A DNA stretch of 64,000 nucleotides, from assembly GCA_030704615.1 (NCBI GenBank), contig CM060731.1, positions 9,610,001-9,674,000 of the forward strand. The letters are read 5' to 3'. Below, one piece after another: positions 50,938-64,000 of the stretch. How positions within the stretch are numbered: position 1 is the stretch's first letter; every line of letters starts with the position of its first letter. The translations under genes and the position numbers were made by a program. This stretch comes from Takakia lepidozioides (lineage: Eukaryota > Plantae > Bryophyta). The notes under the pieces are model-generated. The model was not told where the DNA came from, did not search any database, and saw only the letters and a list, made by a program, of their open reading frames with translations.

Positions 50938-53900
50938 CCTATGAGCAATGGTTTGGGAGGGAAATGGGATTGTGACTCACCCTTAATATGCAATCCAGGC
51001 AACAACCCGACCTGATGACTTTGTAACTTTTGCGGTGTGGATGGAATTCATCCATTCCTAAAGCAAATTTATAGCCTGCAACCTGATTCATCCTGTCCAG
51101 CCAAGAAAAAAGAAATCTCCAACACGTAGGATTTTTAGAAAATGGTGGGGTCCCAGATTTGGGCCCCAACGTTGAATTGACCATCGATGTGGCAAGTCGC
51201 ATACTCCCTTGCAATGCAAAATCTGCGGTGGACTGTGTGGCAGTCTATCCTATGGGCTATGTAGGCTACCTCATTAAGGTAGAAATACCTAAAATGCACC
51301 CTTTAATAAATGTGTGCAGTACCAGGTGTGCAATGTCCTCGTATATATTTTTCTGATGTGGGCACAAAGAAATGAAATTTAATGCAAAAATAAGAAGAAA
51401 AAAAAATAATATCCGAATTATTTTGCAATATTGGTGAATATTCAATGTGAAATCATAAAATCCTTGAATGGACCAGTAGGGGGTACTATTTTGAACAACA
51501 CTGTGTCTGGAGCCACATGTGCCCAAAAATTATGTGTCATCTTTCACTTTAGTGATTAAACAACATAGTAACATGGTCATTCAATTAACATAACCATTTA
51601 CTAACCTTAAAATAACCTCCCACCTTAAGGAAACTGAGCTCAAGGGTCCATCTCGATGAAACTCAATCCTGGATCGTTGATCTAGATTAAACTCAATCGG
51701 ATCATTGATCACGGAATGTGATCCCCTCTCATGCATGTTTGGATTCATTCTTCATGTCTCCACTCATTCATGACTTGATACTTCTCTCAAAAGTGCGCGC
51801 CGGTGGTTATTAATTTGTCCATTAAGTGGTGTCATCATGATCATGTATGAGTTAAAAGGGTTCATTGCATTTCCATTCTGGCCCACACACAACCATCCTA
51901 ATGTGGACCACTTGTGATCAAAAGCACCTTTTAGAGATCGCATATGGTTAGTTTTATGTATTTTTTAGGGGTCCATTTCGGGATGTGCTCCATTTTAGGT
52001 GTTTCTACCTTAGGGGTTCACATTGCACACACCGATGGAGGGACACCCATGAATTGTTGAGGTGTGTGGGTGACATACCCTTCCAACCTAGCTGGAAAGT
52101 CTTGCCTGAGGTGGCAAAAAATCCACCGGCTTCAGGCAAGTTTTATTTTCAACATAAATGATGATCTAGCTACACTTGTTTTTTGCTTGAAACTTCATAA
52201 ATTTCTTGGCAAATCACTTTCTATGCACATTGCATAAGTCTCACCAAAGGAATTTCCAAAAACTCACAAATTTTATGTGTTTGTGTGCATGGAGGTCTCC
52301 ATTTTCAAGCTTTCAGCTACGTAGGTGTTTTGAACCCCCCCCCCAAGAATATATACAAAGGAGCATGTAGCATCGCATTTTAGCATGAAAATTTTGTGCG
52401 TGATTGCATACCTTGGAATAGGATATGGCCATAGGTATGGGGGGGCCAGCAAAAATCAACCCCATACTGCCATTTCTTGGTCAAACCTAACATTGCAGGT
52501 TTCTCAAATTTCTCCAAAATAAACAACCCCTACCAAAGCACTATAACTTAAGATTCTTGTGGTGGAATTCTTTGTAATTTGGTAGATGGATGTATGTGGT
52601 AGGTAGCAACTGATTATAATTAGGTTCATATTTTGGATGTACTATAGCAAGTAGGTAGCTTGCTTATACTGTCCAAGAGTAGGAAATTTTAAGGGCCAAA
52701 AACTCTATCTGTAGGAAGACTTTAAGGGTTAACGCCCAGTGCCATATAAGTTCAAATTTTTCAGAAAATATGACTCTTGTAATGAAATATGTTGTAATTT
52801 TTAGAAAAAAATAACTATTAAGAACTTGACCGCACATTATGTGAGTACCTTCCTCATGCACCCACTTGCCAATTTCAGGGCAATCAGCCCCACAATGTTG
52901 AATGTGAGGCCTTATTGGAGAAATGTTGAATTTTCTGGCAATGTTTTTAAGATTTGAGTGATGGGATCAATTGGGATTGAGGCGAGATTAGTAGGGCTTC
53001 ACCTTGGGATCCCTCATCCAACAAGCCAAAAATAGACATTTTGGTCATCGCATGTTGTGCTGCCACTTGGTCAAATCTAGGCACATCCCATCACAATGAC
53101 CCTCTCGCACGTGTGAAATAATCTTAGCATGAAAAAGAAAGAATTGTCTTCATAAAGTCCACCATAGGACCATTTTCTATGGCACCAATTTCATAAAAAT
53201 TGCAACACATCTGAAAAAAAAATAATTTACATCTAAATAGGCCCTAAAGCCTGTTTTGGATATGGTGGGTGTTTAAGGGTTAAAGTCGTTACTAGCATAG
53301 CAACACAAAGCCCTCGTACTAAGTTTGATTATGTATGTTTTGATAGACCAAAAAAATGTATGTTTGGTGTTAGCCATCTAATAGATCATCTATTGATTAG
53401 GGCAAAAGGTTGGGCCAACTCAGCCATAGAAAATAGACAGATAGCCAGTCCACGGGTGGATATATGGGGACTTTTGAGTCTTTGGTGGGGGGTTGGTGGT
53501 TATTCCGTGAGCACAGCGTGAGCATACTCACCGCGTGAGCACAACCCACGGTCATGGGAGTTTTTATGTTTTTAACCTCGGTCATATGAGTTATATGTTT
53601 TCGAAACGGAATAAAAATCATCAGAGGACTGGTGCATTGTGTATGGTACATTTGCGCCAATCAGCGAGGCGAAACTTCAGTAGTGTAGCCAGAAACCCTA
53701 AAACCTATAGCGGCGGTGAATTTCACATCGAGAAATACTTGTTGATATGGGCACATGTAAGCAGCGGTGAATTTCGCACTGATAAATACTTGGTGATATG
53801 GGCACAAACTAAGCAGAAAAAACCACATCTATAGGGTAACATGTTCATCAGGTATAGGGGCTACTTGTTTTTTATGTGTTAGTTTCGCATAATTATTAGT

Positions 53901-55853
53901 TTCGCCATTTCGCTGTGGAAATTTCACGGAAGTTCGGGGAATATGCCTTTGTGCTCACGCGTTACCCAACTTCTCTTTGGTGGAGGTATGTGCATTGCCT
54001 TGATTATGGCTATGAAAAGGCGTTCCACCTTACCACTTGTATGGTGACCTCACCTAACCATTTGGATCAACAAATTTGTTGGATGGAAGGAAGGTCTTTC
54101 TTTTCTCGTTGTAGCAACATGACCCCGTATATATCCGAGGTTTTTGAAACCAAAAAAGATAGGAACAACCTTTCAGCCGGTACCCATCCAACATACAAAA
54201 TACTTCAACAATTTATGCAATTTGAAAATGACAATAGCAACTTTGGGAAGGTCCACCAGCATGCTTAACATGTTTGGATTTTTGAGCAACTTCAAAATTG
54301 ACAGAACATCCTCCGGTGGTATCCACCAGACATGATATAAATAACCTTCCATATGATAAAACTAATTGTTACACGTTTTCTTCTGTTGTTCAAATTTTAA
54401 GCAATTTTCATTTCTCATAGTTTTTATTTGGTGGTCTGACTTTTTATCCTCTCTCATGTTTTCTTCCATTTTCTCCATGAGAACTAGGCGCTTCCCAAAG
54501 TCGTTATATAACGCTATTTTCTTTCCAAATCTCATAGGGTATACTTTCAGGTTTTTTCTTTTGGCTACTTAGGATTTTGGATTGACATACATTTTTTATA
54601 CCTTGCTTTTTATGTTAGCATTACCTCTAAACCCTTACCATTTTTTGCAAATGGCCCATGAACTATTCATACCATAACCATAACCATAACCATTATGGTT
54701 ATTGAAATGTCTTCTCCCTTCACTTTTACGCTAGGTTTTTCCTTTGTTTTGGATTCACATGCACTTAGGCATGTTATAGTTTGCTTTCTATGTTACATCT
54801 TAATACCAGGTTCCAGGACGAGTCTTTCATTTAAATACTTGTCCATAATATTTGGTTCTTCATTTTTATTTTGCTTACTACCCTACTAACAACACTGAGT
54901 TCTAGCGACTGGAGTCTTCCATAAGTGTTTGTCTATTTTGTACCTTAAGCAAAAACCCTAAACCCCTACCCTAAACCTTTACCCTTAACCCAATACCCCA
55001 TAACTCTTACCCTTTCCTTTGCAAGTGGGAATGAACTATCCATACCATAACCAATAACCATTATGGTTATCCAAATCTCTTCAATGTATCCAAATTTTCA
55101 TTTTGTACCATAACAAACACTAAGTTGTAGCCAGTGCGAGTCTTCCGGCATGTATATTCACCATTTGTGCCTTCAACCCAAACCCTAACCCTCGTCGGAA
55201 ACCCTAAGCAAAACCCTACCTCATTATTAGACTAAACCCTTACCCTTCCCTTGCAAATGAGAATGAAAGTATCCATACCATGGTTATTCAAATGTCTTTG
55301 CCCTTCACTTTGCGCTAGGTTTTTCCTTTGGTTTGGATTGACATGCACTTAATTTTTTTATCGAACTTTGCTTTCTATGTATCTTAATACCAGGTTCCAA
55401 GGATGAGTCTTTCATTTAAATACTTGTCGATGCAATGACTACACTTCCATAATATTTGGTTCTTCATTTTTATTTTGTTACGCTACTACGCTACTAACAA
55501 CACATTGTAGCGACTGGAGTCTTCCATACCCTATCAGGGGACATGATCAGAATTCTCGGTTCATCTTTGTTGCAGAATATTAGCGGGGGTGATACAAGTG
55601 TTTGTCTATTTTGTACCTTAAAAAAAATCCTAAACCTCTACCCTAAACCTTACTATAAGACCCTAAACCTTTACCCTTAACCCAATACCCCAGAACCTTA
55701 CCCCTTGCAAATGGGAATCAAACTATCCATACCATAATCATAACCATTATGTTATCCAAATCTCTTCAATGTATCTAATTTTCCATTTTGTACCCTACTA
55801 ACCCGTACTAAGTATAGAGCGAGTGCAAGTTTACATGTTTGTTCACCATTTGT

Positions 55854-58800
55854 TGTCAAGGACGAGAGCATGATTGAACCACAACAAGAGATCAGACTAG
55901 CTAGAAGTACAAGACTAGACAAGAAGTCAAGGTCGGCATGGCGAATGCATGATGGGTATACATGAATCAAGATGATCTTTGTAACAATGTACAAGAGTAC
56001 AAGATACTGGAACTTGACTTGGATACTGGAATCACTACAACAGATTAGCGTTTTTATGACTGCAAATATGACTATTTTTTCAGTCCTATATGCGTTCATG
56101 ACTACAGGACTCTGAAGTGAAAAAAACGGCGTGATAGCGATTAGTCTTTAGGACTGCGTTTGCAAGTCATAGCCGTGACTGCATGCGTGGCACCTGGAGT
56201 CATGCAGAGGAGAGTGATGTAGTCACAACTCTATGACTTACATATGACTAACTATATGACTACATTATCTGCTGAGCATTGCCTACATGGAGAGGCTTCA
56301 GTGGAACACGTGCACCACTACGCAAGCGACACATCACGCATTTGTGAGGGGATTATCTGACTATATGTCTGCAAAGCGATGCCTACATGGAGAGGCGCTG
56401 GATGGACACGTGCGCCACTGCGGATTTGATACATCATTTTTGAAACATTTTTAATAATATTTTTAATTTTAATAAATCAAATTACATAATCATAAAATTT
56501 AGATTATTAATTGATTTAAATTCTTCATTATGTTTTTGGGAAAATAGAATGGAAGGCCAAAGGGCTCGTAGGAAGTACTGTAAATCATATTACAAAATTC
56601 CAAGTTGGACAAGCATCCCCACGGATGCCTCAAAGTCTAATGTGGAGCAAAAATTAAGCAAACCGACACAAGGGCAAAAGTTTTTAAGTACTACTACAGT
56701 TCTGGTACTACTAGAATGACGGACTCTACTTACAACTATCAAGTGCAATACTCCTTACAACTGCATTTGGCCAATAACTTCGAAACGAACTTGGTGGCAG
56801 TGTGGCAGTCACCACACACCCAAAGATTTTTCACGAGATGGAGAGACATCCTTGCAGGGGTCGTGCTCATCAGCTTAAAACCTCGATTTTCCCACCATTG
56901 TTTCATGATTGTTCCACAACTTCTCCTCGTCTCTGTTACCTGTTTCTGGATACTTTCATGTTGTCACATTGGCAGTTTCATATCAAAGTCACTCCAAACT
57001 ATCAAAGGTTCACTCAACCAGTTAACTTGCAAAATTCAACATGAAAATTGAGGGTCGATTCTGATAAGAGGGAAAAACAAGGTGAAATGTGTTGAAGAAG
57101 GTGCCTTGATTAACAGTGCCTGATTTGATCAATTGTGTCGCTGCTGCTACAGTTTCTAGTTGATCATCTGTCCATGCAGGTTTCTTGTAGCTATCCTTCT
57201 CTGTTCTTATTCTTTTATGTTAAATGGTCCGGAGCTTCTATCTGATGAGTGGAGGTGTGGGGATGAAAATTGTTTAACTAGAGCATGAAATTCAGCCCTC
57301 TTGGATGAATCTGGACCCACACTCTATCTCTGCTCCTTCAGCTATCCATGCCTCTGCACAAATCATGCATACATCCTCGCCTTGCTGCTAGCAGCTGACC
57401 ATAACAACCTAGAATTGTTCCAGCAAACACCCCAACCCTACTTATCACACTAGTTCCTATCCTCAATTGCATCTGCTACTCTCTAGAATCCAACAGGCGT
57501 TCACCTTCTTGCCTCGATTGTCCCACCATTGACTGGGTTAGAAAAGTATTCATTCCACAACTTCTCCACGACATTTGCCCCTAGGTCTCCAAAGCCACCA
57601 TCCCGCGCCCTTGCTGTGCATATCCTACAATCATCACACTCCACAACACCACATGTCGTTCAGCCATACTGTCAAACACTCCTTTTGCATCCTCAATGCA
57701 CCCACATTTGGCATACATGTCCACCAGGGCAGTGTTCAGAATGACATCAGGTGTAATTCCAGATTTAATGATGTCACCATGGATCTCTTTGCCATTTTCC
57801 AGGGCTGCCAGGCTTGCACAAGCATTGCAAATACACACAAATGTGATCTTGTTACACTTCACCCCTTCCCCCATCATTTGCTCATAGGTCTCCAAGGCCT
57901 CCATCCCGCGCCCCTGCTGTGCATCTCTTGCAAGCATGGCATTACATGACACCATATCTTGTTCAGCCATACTGTCAAACACTCCCTTTGCATCCTCGAT
58001 GCACCCACATTTTGCATACATATCCACCAGGGTATTGTTCAGAATGACATCGGGTGCAATCCAGCTCTGAAAATGTCACCATGGTCCTCTTTGCCCTTTT
58101 CCAGGGCTGCCAGGCTTGCAAATGCACACAAATGGGATGGCTTCACCCCTTCCCCCATCATTCGATCATAGGTCTCCAAAGCCTCCATACCATGTCCTTG
58201 CTGTGCATACCCTGCAAGCATCGCGACACCACAAAATGTTCAGCCATAGTGTTGGAAACTCCCTTCGCATCCTTAATGCATCCACATTTGGCATACATGT
58301 CCACCAGGGCAGTGTTCAGAATGACATCTTGTACAGTTCCAGCTTTGACGATGTCACCATGGACCTCTTTCCCCTTTTCCAGAGCTCCCATGCGTGCACA
58401 TGCATTGCAAACACAAACAAACACTTGTTGAGCATCCATGATGCTCCCGCACTTAACATACATGGAGACAAAGGTGTCGAGTAGAAAAACATTGGCGTGA
58501 ATCCACTTTGGATAATGTGAGTGTGCACCAGCTTTCCAGCTTCCAGACCTTCCATCTTGATGCACTTAAGCAAGAGACAGACATACGTACCTGAATCTGC
58601 TAAAATGCCTCTTTGGTTTAAAGTCTGTAGAGCCTCTGTCAGTCTGCCTACCGCAAAGCATCTTCACATGCCCAGAAGTGCAGCCAGAAGAGGCATTGTG
58701 GACCTTGTCTAGCATGAGGGCAATGGCTGGAGAAAAATAAACAAGGCCTGGAAGTGTGGAAACAGCAAGCCAATGGAGAAAATGTTACCTGAGTGGCTGG

Positions 58801-61800
58801 AGTATGAAGAAAGAGAGAATAGGCACTTCACTTGTGAAAAGTGGAGAGGCAGGATTAAGAACTGGCTGCCTGAAAGAGAGGGGAGCTTGTGGGAAACCCT
58901 ACCAAGAAGACCACAATCAGCTGCTGCTAACAATCAGGCCAGTGAAAGGTTGCCTTTGGTTGGGGTTATACAAACACGAGCAAATGACGGGGCTGAGAGA
59001 CAAGGGCAGAACTTGGTAAAAATTGATGGGCAAAGTCTGCCTGAAAAGAAGGAAAACAAGGGAGGTAACAAGGGTAAGGAAGAAGACTTACCTGGAAGTG
59101 AGCATGAACACCAGGTGGTCTGTGAAGAGGCTGATTACATGAGAGCAGATCACACAGGTAAAGAGTTAAGACCATACCCTGTTAGCAGTGATGCGACTGG
59201 AAACAGCGGAGGAGGAAAATGCTCGCCGAGCACTGAAGAACAAGCCCATGAAACGTCAAGTGTAAGCAGCACCCAAAATGAAAAGAAGAGTGTATGGGGT
59301 GTAGCAATTATGACTGAGCTACGATTGCAATTGCTGCATTCCGTGACAAAAAAATGTGAAGATGTGGAGGAACTCCTATCACCCAAGTCAGGAACTACGA
59401 TACGGGAGGGAAATATCAACCCAAACCAAATACCCACGAAACTCACATGTGCACAATTTGGCATACGAGAGCACTGGGATCTACATTGCCTGCAATGCAA
59501 CCAGCTAGTGGGACATATAATCGAAACGTTGAAGCAAAGAATAGTTGCAGAACCAGAAGGAGAATGGGACAATCCTCTTTCAGAAGTTGTGGTCATGGTT
59601 GAGGTGCCTAGTTTTATCAACTGTGCCGCTGCAGCTGTAGCCTTTAGTTGACCATCTACCCATGCAGGTTTCTTGTAGCTATTGATCCACAGGGAATCAC
59701 ATCTGGTACAATTCCAGCTTTGGCAATGCAACCATGCACCTCTTGCCCTTTTCCAGGGCTGCCAGAATTGCACACGCACTGCAAACGCACACAAACCTGA
59801 TGTGGTCGGGCTTCACCCTTCCCACATCATCTGCTCATAGGTCTCCAAAGCCTCCATCCTGTGCCCCTGTTGTGCATACCCTGCAAGCATCGCGTTCCAC
59901 GACACCACATCTCGTTCAGCCAGAGTGTGGAATACTCCCTTTGCATCCTGAATGCACCCACATTGGCAAACATGTCAGTTTAGGATGACATCTGGTACAA
60001 TTCCAGCTTTGACGATGTCACCATGGACCTCTTTCCCCTTTCCTAGAGCTCTCAGGCTTGCACATGCATTGCAAACACAAACAAATGTGATGTGGTTGGA
60101 CTTCACCCTTCGCACATCATTTGCTCATAGTTCTCAAAAGCCTCCATCCCACGCCCTTGCTGTGCATATCCTGCAATCATCGCACTCCACGACACCCACA
60201 TCTTGTTCAGCCATAGCGGCACAATTGATAAAATTAGGCACTGCTAATGAAGGCAACCTTCTTCGACACATTTCACCCTGTTTTTCCCTCTTATCAAAAT
60301 CGGCCCTATATTTTCATGTTGAATTTCTGTAAGTTACTGGTTGAGTGAACCTTTGATAGTTTGCAATGCATGTGTAGCCTGACAGCTCTGGAGAAGGGTA
60401 AAGAGGTCCATGGCGACATTGTTAGAGCTGCAATTGTACCACATGTCATTCTGAACAATAGCCTTGTGGACATGTATGAAGGGAGTGTTCGACAATGTTG
60501 GTGCGGCTTCCAGTTCACCATCTACCCATGCAGCTTTCTTGTAGCAATGGATCCACAGGGAATCATAGGTATACTTGTGCTTGAAATCCGGCCCTCTTCC
60601 AGTAAACACCCCAACCCTAATGATGAGAGGGCAAAACAAACTGAAATAGGTTCACCAATTTAGGGCCGAATCTGATAAGAGGGAAAAACAGGGTGAAATG
60701 TGTTGAAGAAGGTGCCTTGAGTAGCAGCGCCCAATTTTATCAGTTATGTCGTTGTTGCTGCTGCGACTTCCAGTTGACCATCTACCCATGCAGGTTTCTT
60801 GTAGCTATCCTTCCACAGGGAGTCATAGGTAATCTGGAGCTTGAAATCCGGCCCTCTTGGATGAATCTGAACCCACACCCCCTACTCCTTCAGCTATCCA
60901 TGCCTCTGCACAAATCATGCATACAATATCCTTGCTTTGCTGCTAGCAGCTGACAACGACAGCCTAGAATTGTTCCAGCAAACAACCCACCCTACTTATC
61001 ACACTAGTCCCTATGCTGACTTGCATCTGCTTCCAGCAGACATTCACCATAGTGCAGCTGAGCGGGCAGAGATTGAAACGCGGCCTGCTAAGACCAAGCT
61101 GACTCTCCCAAGAACCTTGTAAACATCAGAAAGAATGCCAAATCATGGTACTAACAGGAGCCAAGAGTCCACATTTGCAGGATGCAGACCAGGCTGGCAC
61201 ACGCATTGCAAACACAAACGAACATGACCCGGTCCGGCTTCACCCTTCCCGCATTACTTGCTATACGTCTCCGAAGCCTCTATACCACCTCCATGCTGTG
61301 TATATCCTCGCCCATTCCTGCATCATTTGCTCAAAAATAGGTCTGCAAATATGAATGAACTTACCCAATAGATGAATACATTCGTGTATGTGCTTTCAAA
61401 ATGACACGTGTAGTGATGCAATCGTATAACTAGAGCTGCGAAACCATATTCAGTCATGAAGTCATACGATTCTAGGAAAATTCATCCACGTGTAGTCCTC
61501 CACATGACGCGAGTCATATAAGCCATCCCTGTCATCGTGGTCAACAATGTTTGACCAATGCTCCCTACCTTTTCGGAGTCATGTAGTGATATCCATTACT
61601 ACAGAGTGATAAAATTATTATTGCAACGCATTTCAGCGTTTTGTAGTCGTGTACCTAGTGTAGTTTTTATGACTCCGCAAATGTCGTAGTCCTAAAACGC
61701 TCATCTCTTGTAGTGAATGCTGAAAACTGGACTGGAGTACTGGGACTGGAAACAAGAGTAGCTTAAACTTGTGTTGGCGAGACTGAAGAGTGTCCAGTCT

Positions 61801-62135
61801 TGCCTCCTATATATACTGGCTACTAGGAGGTTCCCTAAGAGGCTTCCCCAAAGGAGGTTTCTTGATGGAGAAGTTTCCAAGATTAAACAAAGGTTTCTTG
61901 ATGGAGAAGTTTCCTTAAACAAATGAGGTATCTTGATGGAGAAGTTTTTTCCAAAGGAAGCTTCCTGAGCAGTTTCCCAAGTTACTCTCGGTAATTTGGT
62001 AAACTCCCGGTAACTTGGTAATTTATGATAAATCATGGTAGATCATGATAGATCACGGTAACTTTCAATAACATGATAATTTGGTAATTTTTGGTATTTA
62101 CCCCTGATAAGTTCCTCTGGGCTATGTCTGTGACA
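55854..62135 (-). repeat. Mirror copy of the element C 3' LTR, split by the CACTA
   Basis: Reverse complement of 30766-37047. Confidence 0.85.
56033..61715. mobile_element. Mirror copy of the Pack-CACTA (DYW piece at 56739-56879, PPR pieces at 57581-61340)
   Basis: AAT|CACTACAACAGAT ... ATCTCTTGTAGTG|AAT; mirrored ORF translations are identical. Confidence 0.95.
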
Positions 62136-62289
62136 TCACCCCCTCCTCTAGCGTCGAGTTCATCGAGGAGCGGTAAAATCTTAAACTTGCTTAAAATTGG
62201 AGAACCTCCCTCTTTATTGTATATCAGATATACTGAATGTGAAGTCTTCATCTTGAAACTAACTTGGCTGACATCATCGTTGTGACGTG

Positions 62290-64000
62290 TAGCTCGGGGC
62301 TTAGCTGAATATCGTTGATGAAACTCTTGGACTTTGTCAGATGCATTAGCAAGGTTGGATGAAGGGTCCCACGATCGTTCGCTGATGTCGTATTCTTTCC
62401 AATATACGAAATACTCAAGACGTTTATACTGATGCGAGAGTCTAGGACTTCGTCGACTTCATACTCGATTTCCTGATTGACTTCGATTGATGGAGGTGGT
62501 GTATGGAGACTCTCCCTGGAATATTCGATGGACGATACAACTCCAATAATAAAACATGAAAAACTGGATGGATACGCATACTTCGTGGGAGTTCAAGCCG
62601 AAAACTAACCGGATTTATTTGTCGAATAATTTTGAATAGTCCCAGACGTTGATAATCCAACTTCCTTGATGGTCGCGAGGTTTGTATGTCCCATCAAAGA
62701 AGCCACACACGATCTCCGACCTTGAACTGGGGTTGGAGTTGACGATGTTGATCTGCATACTCATTGTATTATTTTTGAGCTTCTACGAGGTGGAATGTAA
62801 GCTCCTTGTGAATCGTAGCAAGATGAATAGCAAGATGAATAGCAAGATTTTCTGCAGCAGGGCTTCCAACAGTCTTCGTGTGGAAAGGGTTTGCTCGAGG
62901 ATGATGACCATAATTGGAGAAAAATGATGTTTGTTTGGTCGAAGAAAGTATAGTGTTGTTGTAGGCAAACTCAGCCAATGACAGAAGGTCCGTCCAATTA
63001 TTTTGGTGATAATTTATCGTACAGTGAAAATACTGCTCCAAAATCTGGTTTATGCATTCGGTTTGACCATCAGTTTGTGGATGATTAGTTGTAGAGAGAT
63101 TGATCTTAGTATCTAATATGTGAAATAATCCCCTCCAAAAATTTGATATGAACTGTGGTCTTCGATCAGATACGATGTCCTTCGGGAGTCCCTGAATGCG
63201 GTATATATTATTGAGGAAGAGTCTTGCAGTTTTCTCACCGGTAACCGTCTTATTACATGGAATGAAATGTGTCATCTTTGTAAAACGATCTATAATAACA
63301 AGGATTGAATCGGTGGTCTTGGAAATTGAAAGGTCTGTAATAAAGTCCATAGACACGGACGACCATGGACCATTGGGAATGGGTAATGGTTGAAGAAGGC
63401 CGTAAGGTCGATGTCGTGGTCCCTTTGTTATAGCACACGTGTCGCAAGATTTTATAAATTCTTTCACGAGTTTCCACATCTGCGGCCACCAATAGTCCCT
63501 GGATATCAATTCCATTGTTTTGTTGAAGCCGAAATGTCCTGCAGTCGGAGGATCATGACATGTTTGAAGAATTTGCAGTCGTGTAGGTCCTGGAGGTACA
63601 TAGAGAAGTCATTTGAAATAAAGTAAGCCATCTTTGAATTCGAAGTCGTTTGTAACATGTGGGTTGTCTCGAGGTCGATTTAGTTCACTTCGTAGTGTCA
63701 TAGCAAATTGGTCGCTCTTCAGTGCTTCCTGAATCTCTTTTATGATCTCTGCATCGTCATAGGTGGACATTGATAGCATATTCAATTGGAGATTTGTTGG
63801 TTTCAGATGATGGATTTCTATTGGTCAAAAGCTATCTCCCCTTTTTTCGGCGCAAGATACAATCGTCGAGAAAGAGCATCGGGTTTCCCTTGAAGATGTC
63901 CGGGGCGATAGGTAATAACAAAATCAAACCTTGTTAGTGACATACCCCATCTTGCTTGACGTTGATTCAAAACACGAGCACTCATAAATATTCGAGGTTT
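62290..64000 (-). pseudogene. Mirror copy of element C pol (RNase H end, integrase, chromodomain)
   Basis: ORF 62769-63515 is identical to 29386-30132. Confidence 0.93.

Larger units (their letters stand above)
28899..64000. repeat. Giant inverted duplication (arms at least 17.5 kb, centre about 46460, essentially no spacer); probable assembly fold-back
   Basis: Mirror ORFs have coordinate sums of about 92,900 (e.g. 29386-30132 vs 62769-63515). Outer arms are nearly identical and indels increase toward the centre. Confidence 0.98.

Overview
Eukaryotic, repeat-rich plant nuclear DNA, most likely from a non-seed land plant with flagellated sperm. This is an inference from an intron-containing alpha-tubulin acetyltransferase, many PLS-class PPR/DYW fragments and a chromodomain-bearing Ty3/gypsy element. 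Left to right: ATAT1/MEC-17 exons (-); a degenerate L1-type LINE cut by a CACTA terminus at 9108; a non-chromoviral gypsy element with a ~1,180-codon extra ORF bracketed by two oppositely oriented arrays of the same 10-bp motif; a mosaic of PPR fragments plus an intron-containing DPB4/NF-YB-like fragment; three fused gypsy fragments; and a 3' LTR holding a complete 5.7-kb non-autonomous CACTA element (TIRs, ATT TSD) whose cargo is shuffled N-terminal, PLS-repeat and DYW pieces of a PPR-DYW RNA-editing factor. After that come tandem repeats, a Harbinger transposase fragment and a GST gene. Everything from about 28899 to 46460 is mirrored as an inverted copy out to 64000. The fold falls inside a GST exon and the arms carry complementary indels, so the palindrome is probably a long-read fold-back assembly artefact. 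All calls are by eye; no searches were run.
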